Positions 1-14,099 of a stretch of 64,000 nucleotides of DNA are shown piece after piece (positions within the stretch are counted from its first letter, which is position 1; the number at the start of each line of letters is the position of its first letter). The notes below the pieces were generated by a model, which saw only the letters and a list, made by a program, of their open reading frames with translations, did no database searches and had not been told where the DNA came from. The position numbers and the translations under genes were made by a program. Origin of the DNA: Phoronis australis (Eukaryota > Animalia > Phoronida); NCBI GenBank assembly GCA_002633005.1, contig NMRA01000523.1, positions 1 to 64,000 of the forward strand. Reading direction: 5' to 3'.

Positions 1-2281
1 GCTTTTGAATTTTGAAAATCGGACAAGAAATGTGACTTATTACAACCTAAAACTTTTGTACCATAAAGTAGCCATGTTATGCTTTTCATTAATTATGCTG
101 TATGTTCAACGCAATTGGGCCAATTACCAAAACTCCAAGCAGCAGTTGGATTTTGAGGTAAGCCAAGAGACGTACAATTCTTGGCGTAGCGCAGTCACTG
201 ATAATGCCAACAGTATGTGGTCGCGTTCGACAAAAAGATAAGAATCTTCGACGAAGTCGAATAAAAAGAGACAAACTGAGAGACTGCACAAAACACCCTA
301 TGGCACGCATTATAATTTCTACACCGTTGTAATTGTGAAGTGATGTGACACTGCGTAAGCACATGACAAATATGAACTTGAATCGGAGAAGGCCGAGTTT
401 ATACACGAGTCGTAAAACGTCACTACTTTATGGTATAGTAGATAAAAATAAAATAATCTCGTGTAATCTAATTAAAACCGCTATAAACAAAACATCAATC
501 AGAGTTTGGCTTACCACTGACTTTATGAAATTGTTCACAAATCGTTCCCAAGTCAAGTCGAAAGTGAATCCAGTTTTTCGAAAGAACTGACAGTTCGTTA
601 TCGCTTGAAAATGTGCCGCTCTAAAAGTTAAAACTAATCACGGCGTGTTATTTTAAAAGCCAAGATCGGTGAAACGGCATAACGAACTGACGTTCTTTGC
701 GACACCAGTGACCGGTTGCATGAAACGATTCCAAACAGGGACTCAACTAAGGTCCCAAGTCTTTTTGCAAATTTGTGGACTCACAGATGCAATATTTTTC
801 CACCATTTCATCTTTATTATGAGCTCCTCTTTAATTAATGACATTTTCTAATAATTGAACTTCAAACTGAGCCTCTCAGAGTTCATTGAAAATAAATAGG
901 GATTCAGGGGTGTTGAATGAAAAGAAACTAATTATTTTCGATAGTATTGACAGTTCAACGTAGAGTTCACTCTCGATTTGTATCAAAGAAAAAAAGATGA
1001 CTTAGTAATGAAAATAAAAATATACAAGAAAGGGCAGTCGATGTTTTCACAAGTCCAAAATGCGTAGTAGATTTAGAGAACTTGGTTGAATCCCTATTTG
1101 TTACCGTTTCGTGCAACCGGGCACAGAAATCACTTCACATATGTGTAAGGAATATGCCGAGAGCATGTTTTCGTGGCGATACTCAGTAATCTCAATCAAA
1201 AATTCATTTTTGGACGGGAAACGAGTTTACAGCACATGGGCGGCGCACCATAACGTTTTCAGTGCTGCGCCTCCCACGGTCTATGGGCGGTGCACCACTT
1301 TTTTCAGTGCTGCGCCGCCCATGCAGCAGCCAGCTTGCAAAATCCTGATGATCTTAAGTGGGTATAATAAAATAAAAAAAAATGTTAGAAAACCTATCGA
1401 CCCTTGCTACTGACGGCTAGCTTACTTCCTACTCGGAAGAGCCTAGTCTTACGAAGAAAGCAGAGAAGGCAGAGCTTGCCGTAACTTTTCAGTCCAAAAT
1501 GATGCCGAGAAAACCATATACGAGTACAACTTAAAAATGCGCAACGCAATGGTTAATGAGGTATGTATTTTAATGACGGTGAGCTACTCGAGTCTATAAA
1601 AAATCTTCAAGTGGGCAAGTCTATTGGCGTTATCAGAGATAAATGGGGATGTCACATTATTCTGGATTACGGGAGGTCGAGGACCGAGCACAAGAAAACC
1701 ATATCTGAAGAAACTAATCGATGAAACCAGGGAACGTACTATGTGAACAGCAAAATTTTCAATGAACAAATCGCTTTGATAACAGACAGCCGCAGCGTTT
1801 TCTTGCAAGACGTCACTTTGCAAAGCGACGTCTTGCGAGAAAATGGATGCACAAGCCTACTCCCATTCTAAAAGACCATCAGTGACCAAAAGCGTTTACA
1901 CCGTTAGCAGATATTCCCGTGTTGAAACCCCGCCGGTTGGCCGGACAGGAATCTTTTCCGACTTAACTACAGGTAACGTGACCACCATTACATGTACGGC
2001 GTGTATGCATGTATACATGAACGCTAGTTACATTCGATATCAACGCGTTGTTTTATATAAACACAATTAAAGATAATTTACTGTATCCGCTTGCGGCAAG
2101 TACGGTGTATTGTGCAGTTATTCAACTAAATTATTTCTTTTGTTGTAATGGGTCGGTGGCTTTTACAAGAAATAAACTTGAATATTCGAGCTTTAAACGC
2201 TTTGTACGTTTCAAACAGAAACGGTGCTTCGATAGGCCGAGGTTGAATGCCACTTGTGACGATAAAGAGCAGACAACAAGA

Positions 2282-2504
2282 CACCCCAGACAAACGCGTT
2301 GATGTTGAATGCTCGTTTGGCATAAAAAATCCCGTCGACTTTCACTAGGATCGACGTTTGAGGTCAATTATTCGTCGACCCCGACGTCGGACAAACGTTA
2401 GATTTCGACGTCTAACAATTATCATTTCAAAAGTTTTAACCAAACCGCAACAGACGTTCCGGTGTCATTTCAACAGTTGTTAAAGGTGGTAGTGTCTGCA
2501 GGGT
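2282..2504. mobile_element. Small non-autonomous element with CCC(AG)CAGACA-type termini and CGACG subterminal repeats (EnSpm/CACTA-like)
   Basis: ACCCCAGACAAAC ... GTGTCTGCAGGGT, with repeated GTCGAC/CGACG inside. Confidence 0.45.
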
Positions 2505-3460
2505 AAAACTTTACTCAAAAATATACTAAACCATTACACTGACAGCATTATTTTAACTCGGGTTTGGGTATGAAAACTTTTTACATGTGCACCATGCCTA
2601 TATTAATCACTGACGTACATGTACAGCTCTGCTACGGTGATCCTTGTCCGCTCAGAAGAGTTTAAGAATACCGGTCCCTAATTTAGATGCAGTTAATATC
2701 AAGAGAAAAAAGTTATCGTATCAGAAACTCTCGAAAGAAGTCAGACTTCAACCTGTTATCCGGCAAAGGAGTTCAAGAAAATAAACTAGAAAACAGCGCG
2801 TCCCAGTTTCTGGTGCCTGTTTCATGAAACCAACTCAAGATTGAGACAGAAATCTAATCCAAGGACCTCACTTGAAAAACGATTATGCCACGGACTTACC
2901 AGCGCGTCACAGCCTAGAAATAATTTTTAGAAATCGTCCCAGTAACTAGAAGTTACGAATATATTCTCACAGGCGTGAGACTTGATCATTTTCTGAAATA
3001 GTTGGAGAGAGCCCAAAACCGAATTTCTGTCTTCAATGAAGGTCTTAAGTCACTTCCATGATAAAGGCTCCTGAATAAAATTTTGTAAATAACACCTAGT
3101 TTTCAGGGAGCATTGATGTCACTTTGCTTGATCTGCAATATGCACGGTGAAGCTGCTGGCGTGACTCGGATGCAATTTTGCTTTCCAGCTGCTAACCAAA
3201 GATACTGAGACACCACCAAGTGATGGTTTCATGAAAACACCGTAGCAGGTACTTGGCATTTTTTCATTTAATTTCAGTGTTTGTTATAGCCAGTTTGTAA
3301 CAAATGAGAATCACTTAATGACTATTACATCACAAAATGACACGACACTAAGACAGCTTGTCCGAATCGCTGAACATAGCTCAGATGTCTGTAGCATGAG
3401 AACTCCATATGAAAATCCATCGTTCAATCAATATCCCGCCCTAACCACTGTCTTCCCCAG

Positions 3461-5388
3461 TTAGTTTTTCCAAGTGAGACCCTCAGGCATAATAAATGGC
3501 GCTACCATCTTTTCCATCGAAGGTTTCTTTGTTGTGGTAGTCGTCGTTGTCGGTAGTGGGCAGCACAGCTTTGTGTCTTCGCACTGGTAGCTCGTCGGAC
3601 AATCGTTGACACCGTCCTTTGGATTGCATTCGAAAACTTTATTCGTTCCCTTTACATAGTGCGGTTTACCGCCACTTTTGCAACGGGGCGTAAGGGGGCA
3701 GCACCTCCATCCATCCGTACCGATGTAGCAAAAAGACGTTCGGGAGTCACACGAACACTTCCCACCGACCGTCTGCTTCTGGGGATAGCCCCACGGACAC
3801 TTGGTTGCAGCCCACGTCAATGTCACGATTGCCTACAACATGTACACATTGTAACGCTAAAGAAAAAAAAGATATGTTAAAGAACAGTAAGACACATAAT
3901 TAACTGGACTGCATGAAGGTAATGAAGCGATTTTAAGCGACATCAAATTGTCGCAATAACACGAAGAATCGGCGCGCTTCGGAAAGAAAATGCATTTCTC
4001 CGTTTGGAGTTAACGAAGAGTGATATCGCTTTTGAACTACTCCGGAGTATTTTCATCGCAACCATTACATACACACCTACATTTATATAAGAAGTCCTCA
4101 TATGCATGTGAAATGACTCGGTCAGTTTGGGTCCACGTGGCAAACTGGTCGATTTCTCAGGGCTTGGAATGACCCATGACAAAAAAAGAGGACAATTTCC
4201 TGGTGATTATCGTTCTACATATAAATAGGATTATGCGACAGAAATATTTCGTGTTGAAAAATTTAAATGCAAGAAGCTTTTTCAACAGAAAAGATGAAAT
4301 AAGTGGAAACTTGAAATCAAATAAGAGGAAACAGAGAACAAAACTGGGATATCCTCTTAAAAAAGAAAAATTCAAAGCACTGATTTCCGTTGAAATCGTT
4401 GTCGTTTTTGCTGTCATTATTCCTGGCTTCTGATTGGCTGATTCATTAGTCGCACAAATATTTATTACTCTTAAAATATTTATTGTACTGTTATTATTTC
4501 TGGTTTCTTATTGGGTAATAATTCCGGAATTCCGAGAGCAATTAAATCGGACTTATTTGGCACTCGGCCAACGACTACGTATACACTGCAGACTAAGGTA
4601 ACAATTTACGAACAGCGATACGAAGCTAGGGTGTAATAGACACCAAGTAATCACTAATACATTGCTCTAGACTACTATTAGCGCAACTGTTAACTGAAGG
4701 GTTACAAAAAGTAAACTCAGTTTAGGCCCCCCTTTCTATAAGGGCTTGTTTTGTGCAGGTCCCCAAGCTGTAGCTTATCAGCTTGATGGATAATCCGGCA
4801 CGGATGGAATACCCAATATAGTGGCGGATTTAAGAGGAGGGGCCAAAAGGGCCATGCCCCCCAAAAAATCTCCTAGATTCCATTTGGCTGTACGGGGTGC
4901 GAACGCCTGACGGGCCGCAAAATCCTGGCTAATACTCTGCCCTGGCCCTTTCTAACTCAAAATACTGGACCCCCGCCTCTGCCACAGGATGTATTATAAT
5001 ATCTACAAGATGGCCAGCGAGAGCCACATAAATACTAAAACTGAACGAGATGTTGCCTCCGACAATAGACGAAAGAGTTTGTAATTTCTAGCAACGCTGC
5101 TTTCAAGGTTAAAAGCGAAACGCCAAGCAAACATCGAATCGGCGTGTTCCGTCCTAATGAACAGGTCGTTTTAACAAAACTATGTATAGGCGTGATAAAT
5201 ACATGCATGCCGCTTAATTGTAGAAAGCATACTAGCCCTATAACATCCACGGTTTGTTATAAAATGGTTGACAAAACATGCAGAAGGCAATTTACTGTTT
5301 AGAAAGTCCGTTCTGATTCTGAAATACAATATTTTCATTTAGTTTTCTAAGACTACATACTTACAAGAAAACAGAGTAAGACTTTCAT
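3461..5388 (-). CDS. Small secreted cysteine-rich protein (131 aa): signal peptide, two Lustrin/WR1-like Cys modules, Thr-rich tail; exons 5365-5388 and 3461-3832
   Basis: Exon 1 ATGAAAGTCTTACTCTGTTTTCTT|gtaagt splices in phase 0 to ttgtag|GCAATCGTG..., giving the signal-like N-terminus MKVLLCFLAIVTLTWA. It is followed by CPWGYP..CSC..C..CCP and CKSGG..C..CP.SYQC..CCP, then TTTTTTT and a TAA stop. Confidence 0.8.
4819..4981. mobile_element. hAT-like MITE of the same family (intron of the Cys-rich gene)
   Basis: TAGTGGCGGATTTAAG...AACTCAAAATACTGGACCCCCGCCTCTG; internal similarity to 45042-45200. Confidence 0.75.
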
Positions 5389-8300
5389 TGCTGAAGCTGA
5401 CAATTGTAAACTTTATGGGTACAAAACACTGGTTTTAAAAAGCCGAGTCATCTGCGAGATTTTAGCTGTTGGAAACGAGAGGCTTCTATTGGGGAAAACA
5501 CAGAATGTGCCCATAGGTTAAAATAAAACTAATAAGAAAATCACCACCAGAACCTTTGGGAAATGACGTACCTACACGCTCACGCGCAGATTTGGGATTA
5601 TGGGATAATACACTTAACGCTGAAATAAAATAATTAATCAGGATTAACCAATAAACATAAATAATATGTCCTCAAACTGTCTGCGAACATTTATTTAATG
5701 TGGGTTTTGAATGACTTTTTAGTCCACCAATATGATTTTATTGTAGACGGAAATTCCTCACGTTTTAGCTATCAGTGGTGAACTCGACTGATGCGGAGAG
5801 TTTCATAAAAGACCATTCCTATATGTCTAAACAATCTATCAAATACCAAACAAAAGTGACGCGCCCATCTTTAAATATACTTGTCCGATATCAATTGCTA
5901 TGGCCGATTTACGGATTGCGCAGTTGGTTTTCAACCCCGTAACCACGCTCTCGGAAACTCGCACACAAATTTGTTAGCATGTATTTACAGCGAACAAATA
6001 CATTGCTAGACTTTGATCCAATGCCCTAGTTCCTCAGCTCCGTTTCAGCCACTATATTTATTAATAAAACATAACAATAGTTCCATGTGATCAATATATG
6101 TAATAGGCCCACCTGACCTGCCCGCTCACGTCACGTGTACCAGACAGGCCTGCAATTATTTTTTTAATGGAAGAAATCAATGCAACTGTAGTAACACCTG
6201 TGGGTTAATCGGTTACGGCCTTTGATGCAAATTGATGTAACTCTTTAGTTCGTGATCGCTATTTCGTGATCACTTGCATGGCAGTCAAAGTTTTCTCTCA
6301 AGCGCCCTCTCGTGAGCAAAGCACTCGTAGGTGATGACTCTGAATCGCCCACTATCTGCTTGTCCGTGGATAATACGATCAAGTTCCTGAGTGATTTGAC
6401 TTCCTTAGCTGGAAAGTCACGTGAGAGGACTAGCATGACATGTGTTGCTCATTGCTGCGCATTTAGGCTACTACGAGCTGTCATCAACGCAGCATACGCG
6501 GATCAGTGAGATTAGAGATTGTAAATGTGTTTCATTGCCGTTACCCAGCGGACATCGACTTGGAATTAAACTTAAGTACACTGTAAACGAGACTATTGTG
6601 AGGGGGACCAATCTGATCACTGTTGTGTTGGCAAGTCTTTCTTGCGGAGTTACTTGACGCCATTTCTATGTCTTTGACCAATCATGAACCAGAAATGATC
6701 AGTCAGTGAACCAGAGATTGCGGCAGTTCTCTCAGCCTCGCTACTAGTAGTCTAGAGACATAGCATGATTGACTAATCAACCAATGAAAGAGCAATCCTA
6801 GAAAAATCTCCAATTAAGAACAAGTCGTGACGTGAAACGATGACAATCACCACGTAGCCCTTAAGCAGATCTTTCCAAACTAAAAACTTTTCAAAAGATT
6901 ACGTCAAAGGGTCGCGGAGTGAGCTCCGGAAACAATTATTCGAAAAGTTCCAGTCAAAGCGCTATCTTGAGTCCGAATTCTACCCAAAACGATAGGCCTC
7001 ACGTTTTTCATGAGATAGAGGTTTGTAGTATAAATTTCATGTCATGTAACGCGCGGATAGAGGAGCGATACAAAACGCTCGGCTTCTAACTGTCAAAAAA
7101 CTGATTTAGGCCACTTCATCGTTATGAAACCAGTCTTATCTTGTTCTCAACTTACATCTAGAATAAACATGACTTCTACATCGCTAGTGCTCTAGACCAG
7201 TGAAGTTGCTTGTCACGGCGAAATACTGAGCTTTTGCAGACGACAAGGCAGCATCGGTGGGGAATACATATGTATTTAGGTTCGTCTTTTTAAAGTGTTT
7301 TACTGGTCCGTTTTGAACATCTTCACGATATGCAATTAGGCCTAAAAACCTATTCAGAATTTCTTGCACAGTAGCAAGTACTCGCACTGGCAAGTGACAC
7401 GGTGCCCTCAAGGAAGGGAAGTGGATGTCGTACTCTTCAACTATGGCGGGTAGCTCGTCCGTCACAAGTAAACACGATCACGTGCCCCGTAAACTCAAAA
7501 GAGCATGACTAAAGTCCTCGGAGAAGTCATATTTTTAGGGGAAGGGATAAAGGTGGGCTTCCAAATCTAAGACAATTCTCACATCTGGCCACAATTTGAA
7601 CCCTAAAAATGCTTATTCCAGGTGCGGCTGCACCATGTCTACAGCCGTTGAAAGGTCTTGAAACAAGACCCGTATTTATAATATACCTGGAATCAGGATA
7701 AAGTCACATTATACCCTGTCCTCTTGTCTAGCGTGTTCAGAAAACTACGCCAGTACTACAGTGCAATATTAACATACCGAAACTTCAATCAAGCAAAAAT
7801 AGTCGGACCTCCAGTCACATTTTAACTCCTGTTTCTGGGTTAACCGGAACATAATCCCCAAAATTACATGTAAATGAAAACGTGCAAAGCCTACCAGAAA
7901 ATTGAAAAATGTCTCGGCGACGCGTTCCCACTACTCTAATTATGTTGACTGCCTCCACGGGGATTTTAGGATTGCCCGACAACTAGACAGTGCCCCAGCT
8001 GACTCACAAAGGCGGTCAGTGGTGAACCACATTTGAAAAGATGAGAGGAGACCCGATTTTGGATAAGCGAGCCATTACTTGTTTAGATGCAGAAAGCTAT
8101 CTTTATGCTTTTAAGCTCATCTTATCATTTATAGGAGTATAATGAAAAAACAATAAATAAACCACCTAACACAAAGCAGTCACAGGTAGCCTAAAACATT
8201 CATGCCAGACAGACGAGAGATGCGACCTATCGCACGCGGACAAATAAAAATTCTTCAGTTTCGGCAGACAGAGCAAAGTAATTGGCCAATGACATTCTAT

Positions 8301-8499
8301 TGAACCGCAATGTGAGGTCTGATGGGTGATGTCAACCATACACAGACATGTAGAGGCACAGTGCCCGGCTGTATGAAACAGTCTCAAATAGGCACCCAAT
8401 TGTGTCCTTAACTTTTCACCACATCTTTGGACTTGTATGGAAACAATGACTGTCCTTTCTTAGGCTAGTTCATTTCCTTTACTAAGTCAAGTTTTGTCT

Positions 8500-8810
8500 T
8501 CAATACAATGAGAGTAAATTCTATATCAGAATTGTCAATATTACTGAAAATATAGCCAGCTCCTTACTAGCCACCCAATAATAAAATTAAACACCTCTAG
8601 AAATTTTGATGACTGAGGACTGGCTGCCATCTTCCTCACAAGTGATTGCCACTAGGTGGAGCTCACAACTAGTGGTAATCACTACTGAGAAAGATGACAG
8701 CCACAATCATCAGAATTTCTAGAGGTATTCTCATTTTTCCATTGGATGCTGGCTACCATACATTTATGCACATCACATTCTGATGAATTTATTTTCCTAT
8801 TAATGAAAAT
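8500..8810. repeat. Palindromic element centred at ~8660
   Basis: ACCTCTAGAAATT/AATTTCTAGAGGT, GGCTGCCATCTT/AAGATGACAGCC, AGTGATTGCCACTAG/CTAGTGGTAATCACT. Confidence 0.8.
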
Positions 8811-11583
8811 AAATAGGGATCTTTTCATGCAATGCCCCTTTTAAGTCCATTTCCATTGAAATCAGGGCTCAATTTCTAAATGTTGTATTAGAAAATGTCA
8901 TATTATAAGTCAAAAAGGAGCTCATAATAAAAACAAAACAAATGAAAAACATGTCAATTATCAAAAAACAAAAAGACACAAATGAAAACACCCTGAGGAC
9001 CGAAAATTGATGAAAAATTGAATAAAAATTTATAGGTGAGATGACAGACAAAACAGAGAACATCAACAACCATGATCCTACGGCAATTATACCAAAGAAT
9101 TAGATACTGCAGGTGGAGATTCAGTCATATACCAAATGCGAAAAGGTTTGGTCAAAGAGCTGAGGAGCAAGAGCTCCACATACATATTTCGGAAAATGGC
9201 TGTCATGGCGCCATCTTGCATCCGATTTTGCGCTCCCCCCTCAAAAAGTCCTTGGGCTATTGACTACATAAACCCAGTATGTAAATTTCATTTCGATCAG
9301 ACGAAAAGTAGAATCTCAATTATGATAACAATAAAAGAACAGTCATAGTAGCAGTAAATCTCAAATATCGCAAGAACCCTAAGTCGTATTTAGAATCGGG
9401 CTCCACAATGCCAATAACGCTTGAAAAGGTCTATCCATATACCTAATACTTCAGATAAATCCCTCACGGGACGATGACGAAATGACATTAAAACTCATTA
9501 GATAGCAGTCATTGGAAAATCTTGCACAACTCGGAGAAAAACAAACGTCACCCTTCTAATACCATGTGAAATGATCTATCCAATGAAATCAGAAATCCAT
9601 CTAAAGAAACCAGAGCTTTTGGACTCTGTGAACCAAAATGGTGAAAGATGGCTGCCACTGCACCATTTTGCTTCGGATTTCAACCAAAAGCAATAGGTTT
9701 CAACCTATTAACAAGACAAAAATGTTGTTTGTAAATTCCACAATGATTTGATTTGAACAGCAGCCTGTAGCGTGCGAATAAAGAAACAAACAAAAAAATT
9801 AAAAAATAGATTTTAAAACAAAGCAACAGGCTTGGAGAAATTTCAATTCTGTTCAGCAAATAATAAACAGGGTATATTAGGTTATCTATGACCTTACGAC
9901 TTCAATTCTAAGACAAATAGAAAAAAAACAATAAGCTTTTATTAAAATCGGCTGGGGGTTATTTAGCAATGAATGTACCTTTCTTGCACATGAAAATTTG
10001 ACTTAAGAAAATGTGGTCACGTGACATTAATAAAGACACAGTAGCAAGAAGCATATTTTTAGAATCTTTGATCTTTCTTTTTTCAAAAAGTATATAATTT
10101 TAATGGTTGACAGAGCAATTTTTGGTATTAGACTTAGAATTGAGGTCATTTATTAAGCTACCAGATAACCTTAAGAAAATTAGTAGTACATGTAAGTCTG
10201 AAACTATTTAGAACTGTTTCATGCAGGCATTGGGGATGGCAACCAATAAATGAATGTAAAGTTTCACCAGCATTTTGGACTCGGAGGTGGTAACTAGTCC
10301 CTAGAAACAAAATTAATTTATTGGTCAAGGATTGCAGTTTTATTTAGTATAAGTATTTAAAGTATGTACAATCACAGGGCTTACCTTTGATTGTTCAGAA
10401 AACATAAGAAATTATACTAAACCTTGTAACGGTGATTCAGCCCAAAACATTGCCTGTCTCCTGTTATTGCATATTAATTAATAACACTCCTAGATGATGG
10501 GATTAGTCAGCTAAAATGCCTTCAGAGTAAGTACCAAAATGAATCGACGATGATTTCTCTAACAGTTCGTACAATAATGAACGAACTATATTTCCCCTGA
10601 GAGCTTCGGGTTAGTAGTTCAAGGTGATTTTCTCCCCCAAACTCAATTAACTTGCTGAAAATGTTATCACTTGTCTTGGTCTTTTTTCAGACTTCGAAAA
10701 GGTATCTCAGATAACTTCAAAACATTTGAGGGTTGGCAAAAAGGTAACAGTATACCATAAGAGATGTAACCATACACGTTTAATCTCTTCTTCTTGAGAC
10801 TATTTTACAACATTTAGTGTCGGAACATATCAATGCAAAAATATCTGCATGTATAATTATGATTTTAAAAATTCGTCAATTTCACATCAGAAAAACAAAA
10901 GCCAATGCCACCAGTTGATCAGCTGTAACATAATAACATAGGCAAACACTAACTGATGATTTGTTAATTAGCTGATATCGAGTTCCAGTACGAGCACTCA
11001 TTGGCAGATACATACTATGTAGAATCGGGACAACCAATCACATCAGTAGTAATCCTCCTTTGCATTTAGTGTTAAAACTCCCCATATATTGCTGCTCGTC
11101 TTCCCTTGGCTTAAGGTATAATAAAAAATGATGAGGAGTTGCATTGTATTTTTATGACAACTCAGTATTTGTGCATGCTGTGGCTCACTTTCCCGTGAGA
11201 CACCAGAAAAATGCAGAAATGGCACAAAGTTGGTGGTTATACCGTGCTCAACCGGCCAATCGTTGAGCCCTGTTGAGCGAGGCTTTTCCTCAATGGACCA
11301 AATGTGTTGGTGCAGATGACACACTGGCGCTGGGTACGTTCATACATCACACTCGTGTTCACGGAGCTAAGAAACTTTGTAATTAAAGAGTCGATTTCCT
11401 TCGGTCCATTTTCTTGTTTTAGAGATGTTGAAATCATAATTGTGAATTTCAGTGGTATAAAGGAAAGATTTAATGATGCTGACAATGTATCCACTTGTCC
11501 AATCAAAGTAAATGGTGGTTTTAAGCACTTTAAATGAGACAGACTGTTGAACAGACAATTTACCATCGAAGCAGTTTATGTAT

Positions 11584-12053
11584 CAGGGCTTGGAATGACC
11601 AATGACAAAAAACGCGGAAACTTTTTACGGCCCAAATCATGCGCTCTACCCAGCCTTGAAATGGTCGACGTGAACCTTTCCCCGACTAAAATTGGGAGGA
11701 CTAAAAAAAAAGTTACCACCATCAGTAGCATGCGTCTGCGTCCTTTTAGCTCGTCCGTCCACTCCCAACCCACACATTTTTGGCTGCAGAGCCGTAGTAT
11801 TTGTCGCCGCGGTTTACAATAACACGAGACGCCATTGAAAATCCCACCACGCTATCCCAGATGCCCCGGCAATGTTGACAATTTACGTTTTTCGAGGTGA
11901 ACGTCGTCTGCAACGCCGCGGTAAGAAAGGAATTTGCCGCAGAAATTGTATATCAAATACGATTTTTTCTTACGCGGAAATATAATAAAATGCGCGGACA
12001 TAACATTTGAAAAAAGCGGAAATCTGCGTTTCCGCGGAAAATTCCAAGCCCTG
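11584..12053. mobile_element. MITE with CAGGGCTTGGAAT terminal inverted repeats and 6-bp TSD ATGTAT
   Basis: atgtat|CAGGGCTTGGAAT ... ATTCCAAGCCCTG|atgtat. A related terminus occurs at ~4158. Confidence 0.85.
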
Positions 12054-12619
12054 ATGTATTCATTACTGTCACATATCAATCAGTTAGTAGACTTCACTTA
12101 AATCAGATCATAGGAAACCAAAGAAAAAACTTACAATTCATCGCTATTTGGTGGTAAAAGCACCGACAATACGATAGATCTGTCAAAATGCTGTTTTGTT
12201 TTAGTGATCCACATCCAATGGTCACCTTGCAAGTCCCTCATGTGAGCATGGCTGGCAGTGTCACTGGTTCCCGCATGGAAAACAATGACATGTGGCTTGG
12301 GTGAGGGAATGTATCTTGCTAAAAAATGTAAATAGTTATAACAGTAGCATGTAACATCAAAGTTCAACATGGTCGGCAAGCTAGTTGTGTGAAGGCTATC
12401 ATCAAAAGTTACCTAGGGACAGCTACCTCGAAAGTTCACACCACCCAGCAGTTATGCACACGTCACCTCATCGTGAAACTGATATCAATATGTAGAGATA
12501 ACGACCAGTAGGGGGCGCATGCAAAATCTTGGGGTCGACCCGATACTCGCCTTGCCTGTTACATTCGTTTTAGGTGAAAAATAACCTTCAGCAAAATCTC
12601 ACCATTTTCGGACAAAAAT

Positions 12620-12780
12620 CATTGTCAAAATTGAGCAAAGATCCCTTTTGCAACCAAAAAAACCATACCTTGGTGTAGAAAGTGTACAGCCGTTTCATCC
12701 ATGTACAAAATGGCTGTGCACTTTCTACATAAAAGTATGGTTTGTTTGGTCACAAAAGGAAACTTTACTCAATATTTTCA
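12620..12780. repeat. Palindromic element centred at ~12700
   Basis: AACCATAC..TGTAGAAAGTGTACAGCC / GGCTGTGCACTTTCTACA..GTATGGTT. Confidence 0.75.
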
Positions 12781-14099
12781 TCATTTAAATGGAACCCTGT
12801 AATATTCATTAATCTCATTGTCAAAATTGGTCTTTTTATTTTTCAAAGGTTTCCTACACTGCTATGAACACCCACAATGCCACACCCATTGTCCAACGGC
12901 AGCTTTGGTGAAGATCTTTAAAGCATTACTTAGTAAAGCATTTAATTGGTGCCAATTGTCTTTAATTGTGAAAAAATGGAAAAAGTAAAATTTCACTGTC
13001 CGGGTAATAAATTGGTGACATTTCACTGTAAATGTCATATACTTGCAACATTCCCCAGCTTTTGTTAGTAAAAAGAAAAGTCTGTTAATAACTTGAAGAC
13101 AGTAGGTTGTGACATGTACACACACAATTTACGACCGTCAGGAGATGACCTCAAGTTTGCCAAAGCAAAGTTTGCTCAGATATTTGTTGTGCTGTGAACT
13201 GTGTTAAAACCTTCAGAAAGAACTGTTGATTGGACAACCAGAAAAGAAAAGAAATTGATCATGAGAGGTTCTAGTTAATGGAACTGAAAGCCAAACCATC
13301 TCATTATTACACAAATTTAACAGAACCACATCAGTTCAACAGCAACGTTTTAGCACACTGATTACGTTTACTCAAGAGATTGTGTACATTAGAAATAGAT
13401 TTGCCCAGTTTTTACCCACATCCGTCGTATACTTATATATACGGCTTTACACCAAGACTACTTCCAATGCAACATACTCTTTGGAAACCAAGATCTTAGT
13501 TCCTCTTAATGGAGATTCATCGCTAACAACTAACTAGTTTCCCATTTTGAAGTTTGCAATTTTGACTCGACTATAAATTGGTGCATTAGAATCCTTTGAG
13601 CAAAAATATTGTGTCAAAGACAACCCCAGTAAGATTCAGTAGTTGTCACATACCTGCAGCTCATGCCATCACCTTCCCCCTCGTTTGGCAATCAGCTTCA
13701 ACTACAACACCTGTCCACCTGGGGTAATTGAGAATGCGACCAGTAACAATCAAAACCTGCAGAAAGATGCAGTAACCTACCTCTATAACTGTTGAAGAAG
13801 TGCTTCCTGTGAATCACATGAGCCTCTTTTAGCTACTAAGAAGCAATTGCCTGTGAGCTGAATGGTAGCACGCTTTTCCACTTTATCATGGTTGCTGGTT
13901 TGCTTCCCGGGTTGGGTAGACTCGGCAATTACCACAATTGCTGTTGTCGGCAGACGATATTCTGAAAAAACACTGCCACCTGGTAACCACGCACCTGAGA
14001 CGGAGGATTCAGAATATAATAATATCAAGAATGTACGTCAGTGTCGGATTGGAAAAAATAACTGCATAATTCGACGAAAACCTTCCAGCGTATGGAGAG

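Noticed and set aside
5-241. ORF with a GTAAGC donor near 157 as a possible exon of an upstream gene
   Set aside because: No recognisable protein motif or partner exon inside the window.
7930-7995. HDV-like ribozyme candidate (GCCTCCACGGGG..CTAGACAGT)
   Set aside because: P1 and P3 cannot be paired consistently.
13661-13663. In-frame TGA in the SGNH-like relic read as selenocysteine
   Set aside because: The gene shows other damage (degenerate GDS motif, MITE insertion, upstream exons out of frame) and I could not identify a SECIS, so a nonsense mutation is simpler.
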